Part shown: positions 1-12,638 of the stretch, one piece after another | Layout: every line of letters begins with the position of its first letter | Position numbering within the stretch: position 1 is the first letter of the stretch | Assembly (NCBI RefSeq): GCF_008831285.2 | Contig: NC_045138.2 | Coordinates: forward strand, 23,746,001 to 23,810,000 | DNA length: 64,000 bases | DNA from: Nymphaea colorata | Taxonomy: Eukaryota | Reading direction: 5' to 3' | Made by a program: the position numbers and the translations under genes | The notes under the pieces: generated by a model | Told to the model about the DNA's origin: nothing | The model's input: the letters and a program-made list of their open reading frames with translations, nothing else | Databases searched by the model: none

Positions 1-1507
1 ATGCGTGATTCACAAGGAAAACTCTTTCGGAGTCATTTACATGGTAGCCGGTCATGAACTATATTTACTCGATAAGGATTGTGCAGCACTTTCAGAAGCC
101 AAAGAGATGAGGCTAATGATGGAATCATTCTGAGCCATGCACATTAAGATTAAAACATATAAGTCTAGTGATTAATGAATCAAGGAGGAAATCCATATCG
201 ACATCTTTCTTCTGTTACCTGTGCATCTCAGTACTTGAAGGTGAAACAGAACATTAATCATTGGAGCTTGAACAAACTTCTTATGTCAAGAATTTGTGGG
301 TTTCTCATGAGTAAGTTTAAGAAAAAGACATCCACCTAACTCATTCAAGTAATATAAGAAAAACTAACTTGCTCGGTACACTTAAACATGTACTAATATA
401 AATGGGTACAATTAGAGTGGTGACCTACTGAACATAAAATTTGTGTTCATTAAGGGTATCTAACTCATTTAATCTCACTGAGGTGAACATATCAATACTA
501 CCAGAGGTCATTTTAAATCAACAATGCAAAACTTATTCTAAGGTCAAGCATGCTTTTCAGGATCCTTGTTTTTAATGACAAAGAACCGTCGGACGCACAG
601 AGCTAACGGGTTCTTATGTTCCGAAAGGTTTCTTACTGATGTTAACGCCATCTAAGCTCAACATTGTCAGGAGTACATGAATACCACTGAACTTCCAAAT
701 GAAGCATTCAAATCCATTTACTAGTTCTTTTCCCGATGCCACATTTTATTACGTTGAAGAAGATAAGAAAAGAGAAAACTGATTGCGTTTTGTAATTTCT
801 GTGACAGGCTCAGCTTCTAGCCTCAAAATTTGACTGCAAAACTACCTAAGAAGATGCCAAAAAATTGCAGGGTGGTGACTCCATAAGTACCACCATGTCA
901 CTGTAATACCAAGCACACGTATGTATTTGCATGATCCCAAGGAATAAGAATTTTGATAGTCTTCAAAAATTGAGATGAAAATGAGACACCCAGAGAAACC
1001 AAAGAGAGATCTGGCACAAGAATTCAAGTGTTCACTGGCGCCGTTAAAATCACAGCAAAAATGGGAAAAGTGTCAGAAAAAATATCACTGACGCGGTTTT
1101 TTTGGCGTGGACGGTGGCGTCAGTGAAAATGATGCCAGTGATAATTTGGGTAAGCTGGCTGATGTCTTATTCAACTTTCACTATAAGATGAAATGGAATA
1201 GATAAATTGGCGGGCCACTGTCAAAACCCTGCTCTAAATTGTGAACCAAATGAAACAGTAACATGTAACATAATGTACTACACCTAATTCAACTGCCCCT
1301 CCTTGCTATAAACAAGGAGAGGTAGAATACAAGAAATTAAAAAAATAATAAAATACACAAATTAAGGCACTAAACATGAGTTGGGCCCAAGGGCAGGATA
1401 CAGCAAGGGGCACTAGTAATAAATTTTAAATTTTATGGAGACTCATAAATAAAGATTGCCTTTTCGGTTTCAAAAGAAAAAAATTGGTGTAGGTGCAGCA
1501 ATGATGC

Positions 1508-1539
<32 letters not shown>

Positions 1540-4095
1540 ACAAATCATTTGTTACATAGTTCTTTAAGTGTTTAGTCTTATTTATCTATATTTACATATA
1601 AATTTTTTGTATTAGACATAGTTTAGTTATATACACATTTAAAATAGTCAGTTTTGGTCTAGTTCTGTTAATCGAACCAGATGTGTCGTGTCGGGGAAGC
1701 ATCAATACCAGCAACAACATCACCATGGGCGCGGCAGCCATTTAGAAGCACACATGTGACATAGACTGAGACCTTAGAACCGCTGCCCCATTGTTTGGCT
1801 CCTACTACAGCCTAACTTAAGTCAAAGCAAAGCAATCAAATGTCATTTTGATGGCACAACTCTATTGAGGCAGATCTAACGTTAGACACCCATTGGATAT
1901 TAAAATGACAAAAATACATTTCTGATAAAAGAGAGCCCTCCATACAAAGACAGAATATGGGAACGTGAAAAAAAAGTAGCCGTTGGAAAAAAAAAAAAAA
2001 AAAAGATAAAAAAGCCTCCCGTATGACTGGTAAAAGGACAAAAAGCCCCCACGGAAACACGGAGAGTCGACCACTGGGTTCCAAAGTCAGACTTGAGCAC
2101 ACAGCACTCTACAACCCTATCGACTGGAAATAATGCAAACAGGACTCAAAAATCAAAAGCAGAACATAACAAGATGTGAGCTAACGCTTACCTACTAGAA
2201 GCACGTAAGCTTAGGAGAAGAGTGAGAAAATGTATAGGAGAACCCGTCCAAGGCTGGTGGTGAGGGCCCTGAATCACGTTCTCCATTAAGGAAGAGGCTT
2301 CTACAGAAACTGAACACGCATGGGCAAGCATGTGTGACAGTATGAGCACTGTGTGGGCACGAGAAAGTGTTGAAGAAGATGACAGAGGCATCTCCCAAGC
2401 GAAGGACAGGGGCCTCCATGGCTGGATGTCGGACTTAGATCCTCGGGGAAGCCCTGGCACTGGCAGGACCACTCCTGCCATCGAGACAGGGGAGCTCTGT
2501 TGCCAAACCACAAAACCATAGAGAGAGACAGAGAGAGGGAGAAAAAACAGAACAAAATGAGAGATAATGAGAGATTTGAACGTCTTGGTCCGCATGAGCA
2601 AATGTGGTATAAGAGAGCATGCAATGAAAAATGTTACCAAGCAAAATCACCAAGAGTTTCCCAAGCTGCATTTCCTTAGAAATTAATAACGCAGAGAAGG
2701 AAGGAGAAGAGGTCAAATTAAAATGCGCCCAAAAATAACATATCCATAATTTGAAAGGATTGTTTTCCTGTTTGGGCAGAGGGTTGTGGAAGAAATGAAG
2801 GTTAGAAAGAGAGAGGGAGGAGAGAGGGGGGCCACGGGTTTTGCTTAAAAACAAAACTCTCGGCCTCCATGGCTTAGGGTTTGATAAAAATTCTGAAACC
2901 CTCCGCTGCCATGGCTGATGGTTACAAAGAGAGAAACATAGAGAGTTGAGACAGAAAGATGTTGACAGTCGCCGGACGACCTTCTCGTCGATCGACTTGC
3001 CATCGTCGCCATCGACATTGGCTGCTTTCTTCCTTCTACATGATTTTGTCATTGCCGCACACCTCCTTCGACCACAGACTAGATCTTCTTCAGTGGGCAA
3101 TCCCAGAAAACGAGCTTCGGCTATGTCGTCCTCAGTGGCTGAAGGTTAGTCACCTCTTTCTGCTCAGGGTAGAGAGACTTACTCGGAGAGAATGAGAGAC
3201 GGAACGAAATTTTCTAATTATGCTATCCACATATATTTTTCAAGTCTTAAGCAAATGGAAAATCAACTTTAGCATTACCCTCATGTAATTGCAATCCAGT
3301 TGCAGGCAATAACATGCAAAGAGACATGAAAGAGAGTGAAAGAGAATGAGAGAAAGGGGGGGGGGGGGGGGAATGGTTCAGGTGTGATGTCTCTAAATAG
3401 CTACACAAAATCAATGTCACCATTTAGTTTTTATTAATAAAAATCAGATACTTAAAGTCGGCAGTAGAAACCAAATGCTTTAATTTTTTTCTTAAAACTT
3501 TAGTTTAAATAAAATATAAAGATCTTAATATATTTATAAAAACTATTTTGATATAGAACATGTTTTAATTTAAGTTGTTTTTTTTTAATGTACATTTTCT
3601 TATTATGCTACGTAAGTCGCATTTTTTATTACAACGACATTATTAAAGTGTAACAAGTGATCGATTTATCGTGTCAATAATATTGGTATTAGATTGTAAA
3701 AAAAGTTATTTTAAATACCAAAATGAAAGGCTCTGGTTGGTCCCCCGTAAAAACCTATTATTCTGCTGTCCAGAGAAATGAGAGGAGCCTTACGCCTGAG
3801 ACGGAAAGAGTAGGAGAATAAGAACGAGAGGGTGACGGTTTAAAGGGAGAGAACTCGGAGGAAAAAACATGAGAAGGAAAGGCTGCTGGGTGCTGCCATC
3901 GTAAAGAAAAAAGGGAAGAAGAAAGAGGAGGAGCGGAAGAACGCAGAGGCAGTGGTCTAATGTCCCTGCTACAGCCTTTTGCATCAGCTACTGCTTGTCG
4001 CCTTCCGAAACTGCCGCTCCATGGTGCTGAGATAGCCGGACTCTTGTTGTCCACTCCACCCCGTGGCTCTTTGTCCCCTTCGTCAGTGAGGAGAG

Positions 4096-6060
4096 ATGCT
4101 TGCCTTCCACCTGCAACCGAGAGTATCCTGTTGCTTCATTATGAATTATTCCCGGGTCCTCTTCTCCTCTTCCATTCCAGCACTCAACCCCATCGCGAAC
4201 TCCACACCGGACGGTCCGCTCAACCAGTCGCTCCTCTACCTTATGGAGCATTGCCAGAGTTTCGAGCAACTAAAGCAACTCCATGGACGAACCATAGTCA
4301 CCGGTCTAATCAATGACCGTATCTACTTAACTTCATTCCTCAGCTTGTGCACCAGGCTTGATAGTCTTGATCATGGTCTTTCTATATTTGATCGAATTGT
4401 TAGTGTTGATATGCTTATGTGCAACACAATCATGAGGCAATGTGTGTCCAGCTCTTCACCGTGTGTAGCTTTTGAGTTCTACAAGAAATTATTGAGTAGA
4501 GGGGCTAGCCCTGATAGTTACACACTTCCTCTGGTCATAAAAGTGTGTGCCCATCTGCTTTTGCACCAAGAAGGGAGAGAATTTCATGCCCATGTGATTA
4601 AGTTTGGATACGAGCAGAATATATATGTACTGAATGGTTTGATTCATATGTATGCTGAATTTGGTGACGTGATTACTTCTAAGCAAGTTTTTGACAGCAT
4701 GGTCGTAAGAGATGTTGCTTCATGGACTTCATTGATGCATGCCTATGCAGATTCTGGTGACTACGTTGCTGCTCACAAGTTGTTTGATGAAATGCCTGAG
4801 AGAAATGTGGTCGCATGGACCACTATGATGGAGTGTTGGACAAGAGCTAATCAACCTGGTATCGCTATAAGTGCTTTCTATGAGATGAAGGTTGCTAATC
4901 AAGATATAGATGGGGTTGCCGTTGTCACCCTGGTTACGGCATGTGGGAAGTTGGGACGTGTCAAAATTCTCTATTGGGTTCATGGTGTTATTCAGAAACA
5001 CGCACTAGAGGGCAATGTATCTGTAATGACAACCTTGATTGATATGTTTGCTAAGTGTCATTCCATTGATTTTGCACATGCCATTTTCAACAGTATGAGT
5101 ACTAGGAGCATTGTCACTTGGAATGTCATGATTTCTTGTTATGCAGAACTTGGTGAATTGGGTATTTCCTATTACATGTTCAATCAGATGCCCGACAAAA
5201 ATATCGCTACTTGGAATAGTTTGATTGCAGGATGCACTCGTTGTGGCTGTTACCATCAAGCAAAGGATGTGTTTAGGGTTATGCTATCGTCCAACTGGAA
5301 ACCTGACCGGGTGACATTGGTTACCCTTATCTCAGCTATTGTCAAATCAGGTGATTTGACTTCTGGTAAGCAAGTTCATGGATTCATCTATAGGAGCAGA
5401 GTTCATTTGGATGTCAGCCTTGGAAATGCTTTAATTGATATGTATGCCAGGTTTGGGTTTGTGAAGATGGCAAGACTGTTATTTGATTCCATGCCCGAGA
5501 GAAACATTGTTTCATGGAACACCTTGTTGATTGGGGCTGCCATGCATGGCCATGGCAATATGGCTGTTGATCTTTTTGAGGCGATGCAGTCTTCCTTAGT
5601 TAAGCCAGATGAAGTGACATTTGTGGCCATTCTTAGTGCGTGCAGTAGAGCAGGCATGGTGAAGGAGGCATTTTGGTATTTTGAGAGGATGAGATCAGTG
5701 TATAATGTTGAGCCAAAGGTTGTCCACTTTACATGCATGGTTGATCTCCTGGGAAGGGCAGGCTATGTGGATAATGCATATCGACTGGTTAAAGACATCC
5801 CAGTTAAACCGGACGCCATATTGTGGGGCGCCCTACTGGGGGCTTGTAATGCTCATAGCTGCTTTAACCTTGGGAAATTTATTGGTGCAACTATGCTGGA
5901 CGTTGCACCGGATGATAGTGCAACATATATTGCTCTTTCAAATATGTATGCTTCTGAAAATAGGTGGGTGGATGTAAAAACTATAAGAGACCTTATGAAT
6001 GATAAGGGACTGAAAAAAACATATGGATACAGCATCTTAAATGTGGATTCTGAAATTTGA
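4096..6060 (+). CDS. Pentatricopeptide repeat protein, PLS class, E subgroup (no DYW domain); likely organellar RNA-editing factor
   Basis: Intronless 654-aa ORF with repeated PLS motifs (DVASWTSLMHAY, LFDEMPERNVVAWTTM, SMPERNIVSWNTL, VKPDEVTFVAILSACSRAG). E-domain WGALLGAC...YIALSNMYA...W, ending GLKKTYGYS. Confidence 0.95.
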   Translation: MLAFHLQPRVSCCFIMNYSRVLFSSSIPALNPIANSTPDGPLNQSLLYLMEHCQSFEQLKQLHGRTIVTGLINDRIYLTSFLSLCTRLDSLDHGLSIFDRIVSVDMLMCNTIMRQCVSSSSPCVAFEFYKKLLSRGASPDSYTLPLVIKVCAHLLLHQEGREFHAHVIKFGYEQNIYVLNGLIHMYAEFGDVITSKQVFDSMVVRDVASWTSLMHAYADSGDYVAAHKLFDEMPERNVVAWTTMMECWTRANQPGIAISAFYEMKVANQDIDGVAVVTLVTACGKLGRVKILYWVHGVIQKHALEGNVSVMTTLIDMFAKCHSIDFAHAIFNSMSTRSIVTWNVMISCYAELGELGISYYMFNQMPDKNIATWNSLIAGCTRCGCYHQAKDVFRVMLSSNWKPDRVTLVTLISAIVKSGDLTSGKQVHGFIYRSRVHLDVSLGNALIDMYARFGFVKMARLLFDSMPERNIVSWNTLLIGAAMHGHGNMAVDLFEAMQSSLVKPDEVTFVAILSACSRAGMVKEAFWYFERMRSVYNVEPKVVHFTCMVDLLGRAGYVDNAYRLVKDIPVKPDAILWGALLGACNAHSCFNLGKFIGATMLDVAPDDSATYIALSNMYASENRWVDVKTIRDLMNDKGLKKTYGYSILNVDSEI

Positions 6061-7174
6061 AGAATGTGAATACATGAAAACTTCTACTCTATCACGAAAT
6101 CATTTATCTTGCTCTTTGAGGATAGGAGTAAAGTTCCTTAAGTTCTCCCATCAAGCATCAGAACTTTGAATCAAAGATCTTCAGTTAATCAAATGCAATA
6201 CAATTTGAATTTCAACTGCCCGACAAAGAAGACGATTTGGGTTTCAGTCACTGGTTTCTTTTACTTCTTAAAAAACATGAAAAAGATCTGTTACGAGTTC
6301 AAGCTATGCCTCATATTTTTGGAATTTTGCGTTGGAGGCCTGGCACATCAGCATATTCTCTGGCAAGAAGCAGGCTGTCACAAGTCTAAGCAAGCACAGG
6401 CCTTATGGAAAGAGTACTATCTTTAGGGTTCTGTTCCAACAGGCAAGCCAGAATATCTTTTGGCTCAGCGAGGCCGTAGTTTCCTCGGCATCCAAATTAT
6501 TTGGAAAAAAAGAAAACTGAGAAAGGCGATGTCAAGAATAAAAGATAAAAGGAAAGGCGAGTTAAAAGGTCGATTATAAAACAAAGCAGGTTACAATAAC
6601 ACAATAACACGTTATTGTTTGTCTCAATAGGCGTAGCAAAGCTGGTTACGTTGGACTAGAAAAGGTGTAATTGCAGCACTTTCGGGTGTATCTTTCGGGT
6701 GTATCGTACCCCACTCAAGTCCTAACACCCAAGACCCTGAAGGAGGGAGAATAAAGATTTTTTTTTTCCATGCGGTAGGTTGTTAACCTCATGTGTACAT
6801 CAGACAACAACACTATTGTTTCTTGTTGCAGACGTACACCTCTTTCTAAGAGGATGATCTAAGACGGTGACAAGGGCTTCTACACAACATAAAGTAAATT
6901 GGAGTAAGATCTTTGACAAGTGTTTGGACATGGCCTATATTAAAAGCATGTGTGTGCACACACGCATGTTTCTGTGCCCAGACCTACATTATGTTTATAT
7001 ATTTGTTATTTATTTACATCTTTTACGTTAGAGGAGAAGCCTTTTTTTTTTCTTTTGTTCGGAGGGAAGAGCGGGAAGGTATTAGCCACGGTCAAAAGCC
7101 GTGGCCGATAGACCCAAACCTCCCAACCCTTGTAGTTATTGATATTTTGCCATGATTTAGACAATGGCTGTTGC

Positions 7175-7573
7175 TGTCACGAGTTGACTCCTTCAGCCCG
7201 TGCGGCACGGTAAGAACCTGATTGCCGTAAACCTTCAAACCACCGAAAGGGGCGCAAAGGTAATTTTAGAAAATAAGTGTATAAAAAATGCTTTGTGAAT
7301 AAAAAAATCTCGCAATGTATTCAATTTGTACATCACGAGAAAAATAAGCAAGGAGAATTATCTCAACTTTACTTATATAGGATGGCCGAAGCCGCTTACA
7401 GGATTCCCAAGCCGACCACCCAAAACTAGGAATCCCAATACATGATACTTAGACTGGTGGGAGGGTACTCCCTTACAAACAAACGAGCATAAGCAAAGGA
7501 CTCAATATAAACAAAGGAAGTACACTGCAAAACAAAGCAAAGGACTGTACAGACTCTTGGACACAGAGGAACA
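7175..7573 (-). repeat. 3' LTR of gypsy element (399 bp)
   Basis: Reads TGTCAC...GAGGAACA on the + strand and matches 12232-12638 at about 92% by hand. Polypurine tract GAAGGGAGGAGCC (minus strand) abuts it at 7574-7586. Confidence 0.95.
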
Positions 7574-7589
7574 GGCTCCTCCCTTCAAA

Positions 7590-9167
7590 TCAAGCGTCGT
7601 CCTCGGCGCCAGCAGTTTCATGATAGGTCTTGACTTCCAGCGGGTAGCGCTGCTTCATGCAGAAGGCATACTCCCAGGTTGGATTTTGTTCGCCTATCCA
7701 CTTCACTTGGTACTTCTTCGACTTCCCTATATAGTTTGTTTTGTGCCCAAGAATTTCCTCCATCTGACGGTCTGCCGCTCGCTTGGTCGACGGGGCTCGC
7801 TGTAAGATCGGGTCTCGTTCTGGGATGCTTCTATCAGGGTCTTCCTCATCAAAGTAGAAGAACTTCAGGTTACAGACATGAAACACTGAATGCACCTTAA
7901 AGTCTGGCGGCAAGTCTAGCTTGTAGACTAACTTCTTGATTCTTTTCAGCACTGTGAAGGGTCCCTCATACTTACGGATTAACGACTTGTGTCGACCACG
8001 AAAAATATCCGTGCGATCAGGATAGAGCTTCACGAGGACTTGGTCACCAACTCGGAATTCCATTGGCCTTCGATTCCGATCTGTAAACTTTTTCATTTTC
8101 TTCGCAGCATTGTGGAGGAACACCTTGGCCATCTTTGTCTATTCCTGCCAATCGCGAATGAACTGGTAGGCAAAAGTAGGCCGTCCCTTTTCTTGAGTTG
8201 CAAGAGTATGAGGCATCAACGGTTGTTTTCCAGTGGCTATCTCGAACGGACTATGTCCAAAAGACTCGCTCTTTTGTAAATTGTAGCAAAATTGAGCTAC
8301 ATCCAACAATTTCACACAATTCTTTTGATTTACAGTGACATAGTGCCAAATGTATTGTTTCAACAAGCCGTTGATCCGTTCAGTTTGGCCATCGGTTTGT
8401 GGGTGGAAACTCGTTGAGAATAATAAATCCAAACCCAGCAAACAGAATATTTCGCGCCAAAATTTTCCTGTGAAGCGAGCGTCTCGATCACTGACAATGA
8501 TTTTCGGCACGCCCCAATGCTTGACAATATGCTTCACAAATAACTCCACCGTCTTCTCCGCGAGACATTCCTTAGAGGCTGGGATGAAAGTGGCATATTT
8601 TGAGAATCTATCTACAACCACAAGGATGAAGCTGAAGCCGTCAACTTTGGGTAAGCTGATGATGAAAACCATGGAGAGGCATTCCCACGGACGTTCTGGA
8701 ATAAGAAGAGACTCCGAGAGACCGGCAGGCTTCTGATTTGTTCCTTTGTCCTGCTAGCAAATCAAGCATGTTTTCACATATGCTTCAACATCATCACGCA
8801 TCTGTGGCCAGTAGTAACCACGTTTGAGGAGCACTAGCGTCCGCTCCTGGCCAGGATGGTCAGCCCACAACGAGTCATGGCATTCCTTCAACAATTCTTG
8901 CTGAAGGTTGCCCCATCTAGGTACGAAAACTCGTTCTCCTTTTGCCATCAAAAGTCCATCACGCAACCAGAATCGTCGCGTTTTCCCTGCTTCAGTTGTC
9001 TCGACCAAGTGCTTGGCCACAAGGTCTTGCTTCATGCCTTCTCGAATCCACCCGAGAAGAGCACTCTCAAGTTGTGCTTCGGATGATGCTGTCCGAGTAG
9101 TTGCCAACTCCGCCTTCCGACTTAGTGCATCGTCTACGACGTTTGTTCTCTCTGCCTTGTACTCCAA
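7590..9167 (-). pseudogene. Retrotransposon integrase with C-terminal chromodomain (disrupted)
   Basis: H...H...CLIC zinc finger, VVVDRFSKYA, IVSDRD, HPQTDGQTER, GPF motif and VFHV. Chromodomain EEILGHK...YQVKW...PTWE. The stop lies a few nt before the PPT. Confidence 0.92.
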
Positions 9168-9289
9168 GGCAAAATCAAATTCCGCAAGGAATTCCTACCA
9201 TCGGGCTTGCTTCGGGTTCAACTTCTTTTGAGTCTGGAAGTAACTTGCGGTTGTCAGTCTTTACCACAAATTGACTTCCCAACAAATTG

Positions 9290-10880
9290 TCAGTCTTTAC
9301 TACAAATTGTCATCTCCCTTTCATGAACAGAATACCGACGTTCCGCGTCTTTAAGTTTTCTGCTTTCATAGGCAACCGGTTGACCTTCTTGCATCAACAC
9401 TCCGCCAATAGCAAAATCTGATGCATCTGTGTGGACTTCAAACTTCTTCGAGTGGTCGGGTAACCTGAGCAGAGGCTCCTGTGTCAGGGCCCTCTTCAAT
9501 TTCTCGAATGCATCTTCCTCAAGTCCTTCCCAAGCCTAAGTCTGGTTCTTCTTTAGCAATTCAGTGAGAGGTGCAGCTATCAAAGAATACCCCTCAATAA
9601 ATCGCCGATTAGTTCACCAAGCCTAGCAAAGAACGCAACTCTGGTACATTGGTTGGCTTTTTTCAGTCCTGAATAGCCCTCACTTTTTCTGTGTTCATTC
9701 GCAGTTGACCTTTCCCGACAATATGACCGAGAAAACTGATTTCTTGTTGGCCAAATAAGTACTTCTCGCGCTTCACATAGAGTTCATTTTCTTTCAACAC
9801 CTTGAACACTTTCTGCAAGTGTTCCACATGATCTCCCATGGAGCCGCTGTACGCTACAATATCATCAAGATAGACCACCACGAACTTATCTAAGTACGAA
9901 TAGAATATCTTGTTCATTAGAGTCGAAAAAGTGACTGGGGCGTTCGTCAACCCGAAAGGCATTACCAAGAATTCAAAGGCACCGTAGCAAGTGACACAAA
10001 TTGTCTTTGGCTCGTCACCGTCAACAATCCGAACTTGCCAATATCCCGATCTGAAGTCCAGCTTGGAAAATACTCGAGCTCCACCTAGTTGATCAAACAG
10101 ATCTACAATCAAAGGTAAAGGGTACTTGTTTTTCACCGTTACCTTGTTCAGCACTCGATAATCCACACATAGCCTTTTGCAACCATCATGTTTTGCTTGG
10201 AACAACACTGGTGCACCAAAAGGAGCTTTGGAGGGTCTGATTATACCTCCAGTTAGCATCTCATCCAACTGTCGCCGAAGCTCTTTTAATTCTACAGGGG
10301 CCATTCGATAAGGTGCCATTGCTGGGGGTTTGGCACCAGGAATGAGTTCTATGGCATGATCCACCTCATGTCGAGGTGGCAGCCGTTTAGGGAGCTCTGC
10401 AGGCATTGTTCCTACGAATTCCGCTAAGACAGGCGCAAGCGCCTTTAGGACCAGACCAAGGGAGTCATTAGTCACTTCCCTGATTGCCACCAAGTACGTC
10501 TCTTTACCGTGCTTTAGGTCTTTCTTCAACTGTAGAGCAGATATCATTGCGGCCTTACCCTTATCCCTCTTAACTGATATTGTTGGGACCATATAAGGAG
10601 ACTTCTCGTCCATGATACTGATACTGCGCAGGTGTGGCATCGGGACCATTTTTGCTGTACTGAGGAGCTTCATTCCTAGGATCATCCAGAAATCATCCAT
10701 CGGGACCACCGAGAAGTTGGCTCTTCTTGACCAACTCTCAATCTTTACAACCGCATCCCGGGCTACACCGTGGATGGGTTTTGCCTCTGAGTTCACCACC
10801 TTCATGCGTAACTCTTCCTTCTCAAGGGTGAGGCCCAACCTCCTCGCCTCCTCATCTGAGACGAAGTTATGCGTCCTGTG
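9290..10880 (-). pseudogene. Retrotransposon protease, reverse transcriptase and RNase H (disrupted)
   Basis: Motifs RLCVDYRVLNK, SGYWQVRI, VMPFGLTNAP, VVYLDDI and HTDASDFAIGGVL. In-frame stops and frameshifts are present. Confidence 0.92.
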
Positions 10881-11113
10881 TCTACCATGGCCATGGTAGG
10901 CCTTCCATTTACCAAAATCTCTAGGTACATGAGCTCGTTGGAAGGTGTCACTATCACCTTCTTTTTCTCCTTTTTCTTAGGGTGTTTAGAAGTTGAAGTG
11001 CACCTATCTTTGGTCCTTCCCCTTCTTCACCTTGTACCGCACCAGCAGATTGTCTTGAAGAGCTTGCCTGATTGTTTCTATTCTGACGCTTCAGACATTG
11101 TCTTCCCAAGTGG

Positions 11114-12190
11114 CTACCTTCGCAAAACCAGCATTTCAACACTATTTCTGAGAGTTGCCATTTTTGCGAAAGAATGTCCTCCTCTCGACTTGATGCTGAG
11201 TCGATGATTCATCTTTGCGTTCCCGTCGATCTTTTTTCTTTCCTCCATGGTCAGGCTTCTTCGAGGGTCTGAAGGTGTTAGTGTTGCTCTTGCGCTGGTA
11301 TCGGCCAAGCGTTCCGCTACCACATAAGCATCCTCCAAGGTCTCTGGATTATTCCTTTCCACTTCGGATTATGCCCACGATTGAAGTCCCAAAATAAACC
11401 AGTTCAATTTATCTTGTTCCTATATATCTGGCACATTTAACATGAGCCTCTGATAGGCCCTCACATAATCTCGCAAAGATCCTGTATGTTTCATTTCACC
11501 GACCATCCGATAGGCATGGCGTGTTGCATTCGGGGGCATGAAGTAAGTTCTCAACTCTCGCTGAAAATCATCGAAAGTGTCTATTGTGCAGATCCCCTTT
11601 TGAACGTCGAGCTGTTTTCATTTCCACCATGCTACAACATCGCCCTCCAGCAACATAACCGTTGTCTTGACCTGAAGGTCGTCCCCCACAACGCCTTGCA
11701 GATCTAGATAGTATTCAACTTCGAATAAAAAGTTGTCGATCATTCGACTATCCCTAGTCCCATTGTATTTCATTGGCCTCTGAACGTCGACCTTCACTAA
11801 CCGATCGTCACCTCCACCTACAGAGATCTGTCGCTGTAGTGTGCGGTTCTTTATCTGAAGTTCCTTGACTTCAGCTTGCATTGCGGTCACTATGTTAGTA
11901 AGTGACCGATTCATGGCCATAAGATCGGCCATTTGATCTCGCAGGATCTTCATCTCGTCCTTCATTTCACCGAAGGACTCGGCTGCATTGCCCAACGCTT
12001 CTTCATGAGTAGTCACGTCGGTAATCAGCTTGTTCACCACCTCGACCAGGTCTTCCTGACCCTGGGATGTACCCATCTTGTCAAACTGGGCTACTCCCTT
12101 GCCCTTGGCGCTTCGCAGATTGTATTGAGTCGCCAGGACGTCCTTCTCGATCAACGATCGTCGGCGTGTAGTTCTATACCGACTATCCAA
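11114..12190 (-). pseudogene. Retrotransposon gag (fragmented)
   Basis: Coiled-coil region followed by KYNGTRDSRMIDNFLFEVEYYL...AWWK. Zinc knuckle CWFCEGSHLGRQC begins near 11130 in another frame. Confidence 0.85.
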
Positions 12191-12216
12191 TCGCTTCTCC
12201 AGATTGAACAGAACCT

Positions 12217-12229
12217 AGCTTTGATACCA
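12217..12229 (-). promoter_or_regulatory. Primer binding site (tRNA-iMet type)
   Basis: TGGTATCAAAGCT on the minus strand, 2 nt from the LTR end. Confidence 0.9.
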
Positions 12230-12231
12230 GC

Positions 12232-12638
12232 TGTCACGGGCTAACTCCTTCAGCTCGTGCGGCATGGCAAGAACCTGATTGTCGTAAGCCTTCAAACCAC
12301 CGAAAGGGGCGCAAAGGTAGTTTTAGAAAACAAGTGTATAAAGAATGCTTTGTGAATAAAGAAATCTCGCAATGTATTCAACTTGAAAAATTTATACATC
12401 ACGAGAAAGATAAGCAAGGAGAATGATCTCAACTTTACTTATATATGATGGTCGAAACCGCTTACAGGATTCTCAAGCCGACCACCCAAAACTAAGAATC
12501 CCAATACATGACACTTAGACCGATGGGGGGTACTCTGTTACAAGCAAACGAGCATAAGCAAATGACTCAATATAAGCAAAGGAAGTACACTGCAAAACAA
12601 AGCAAAGGACTGTACAGACTCTTGGACACAGGGAAACA
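12232..12638 (-). repeat. 5' LTR of gypsy element (407 bp)
   Basis: Reads TGTCAC...GGGAAACA on the + strand and is followed by TSD GTTGC. PBS lies 2 nt inside. Confidence 0.95.

Larger units (their letters stand above)
7175..12638 (-). mobile_element. Full-length, inactivated Ty3/gypsy chromovirus LTR retrotransposon (Galadriel-like)
   Basis: Two ~400-bp TG...CA LTRs and a GTTGC TSD (7170-7174, 12639-12643). PBS and PPT are present. Domain order on the minus strand is gag-PR-RT-RH-INT-chromodomain, broken by stops and frameshifts. Clade inferred from gag, INT and chromodomain motifs. Confidence 0.95.

Noticed and set aside
2435..3100. 221-aa minus-strand ORF
   Set aside because: Runs through CT-rich intron-like sequence and has no recognisable homology.
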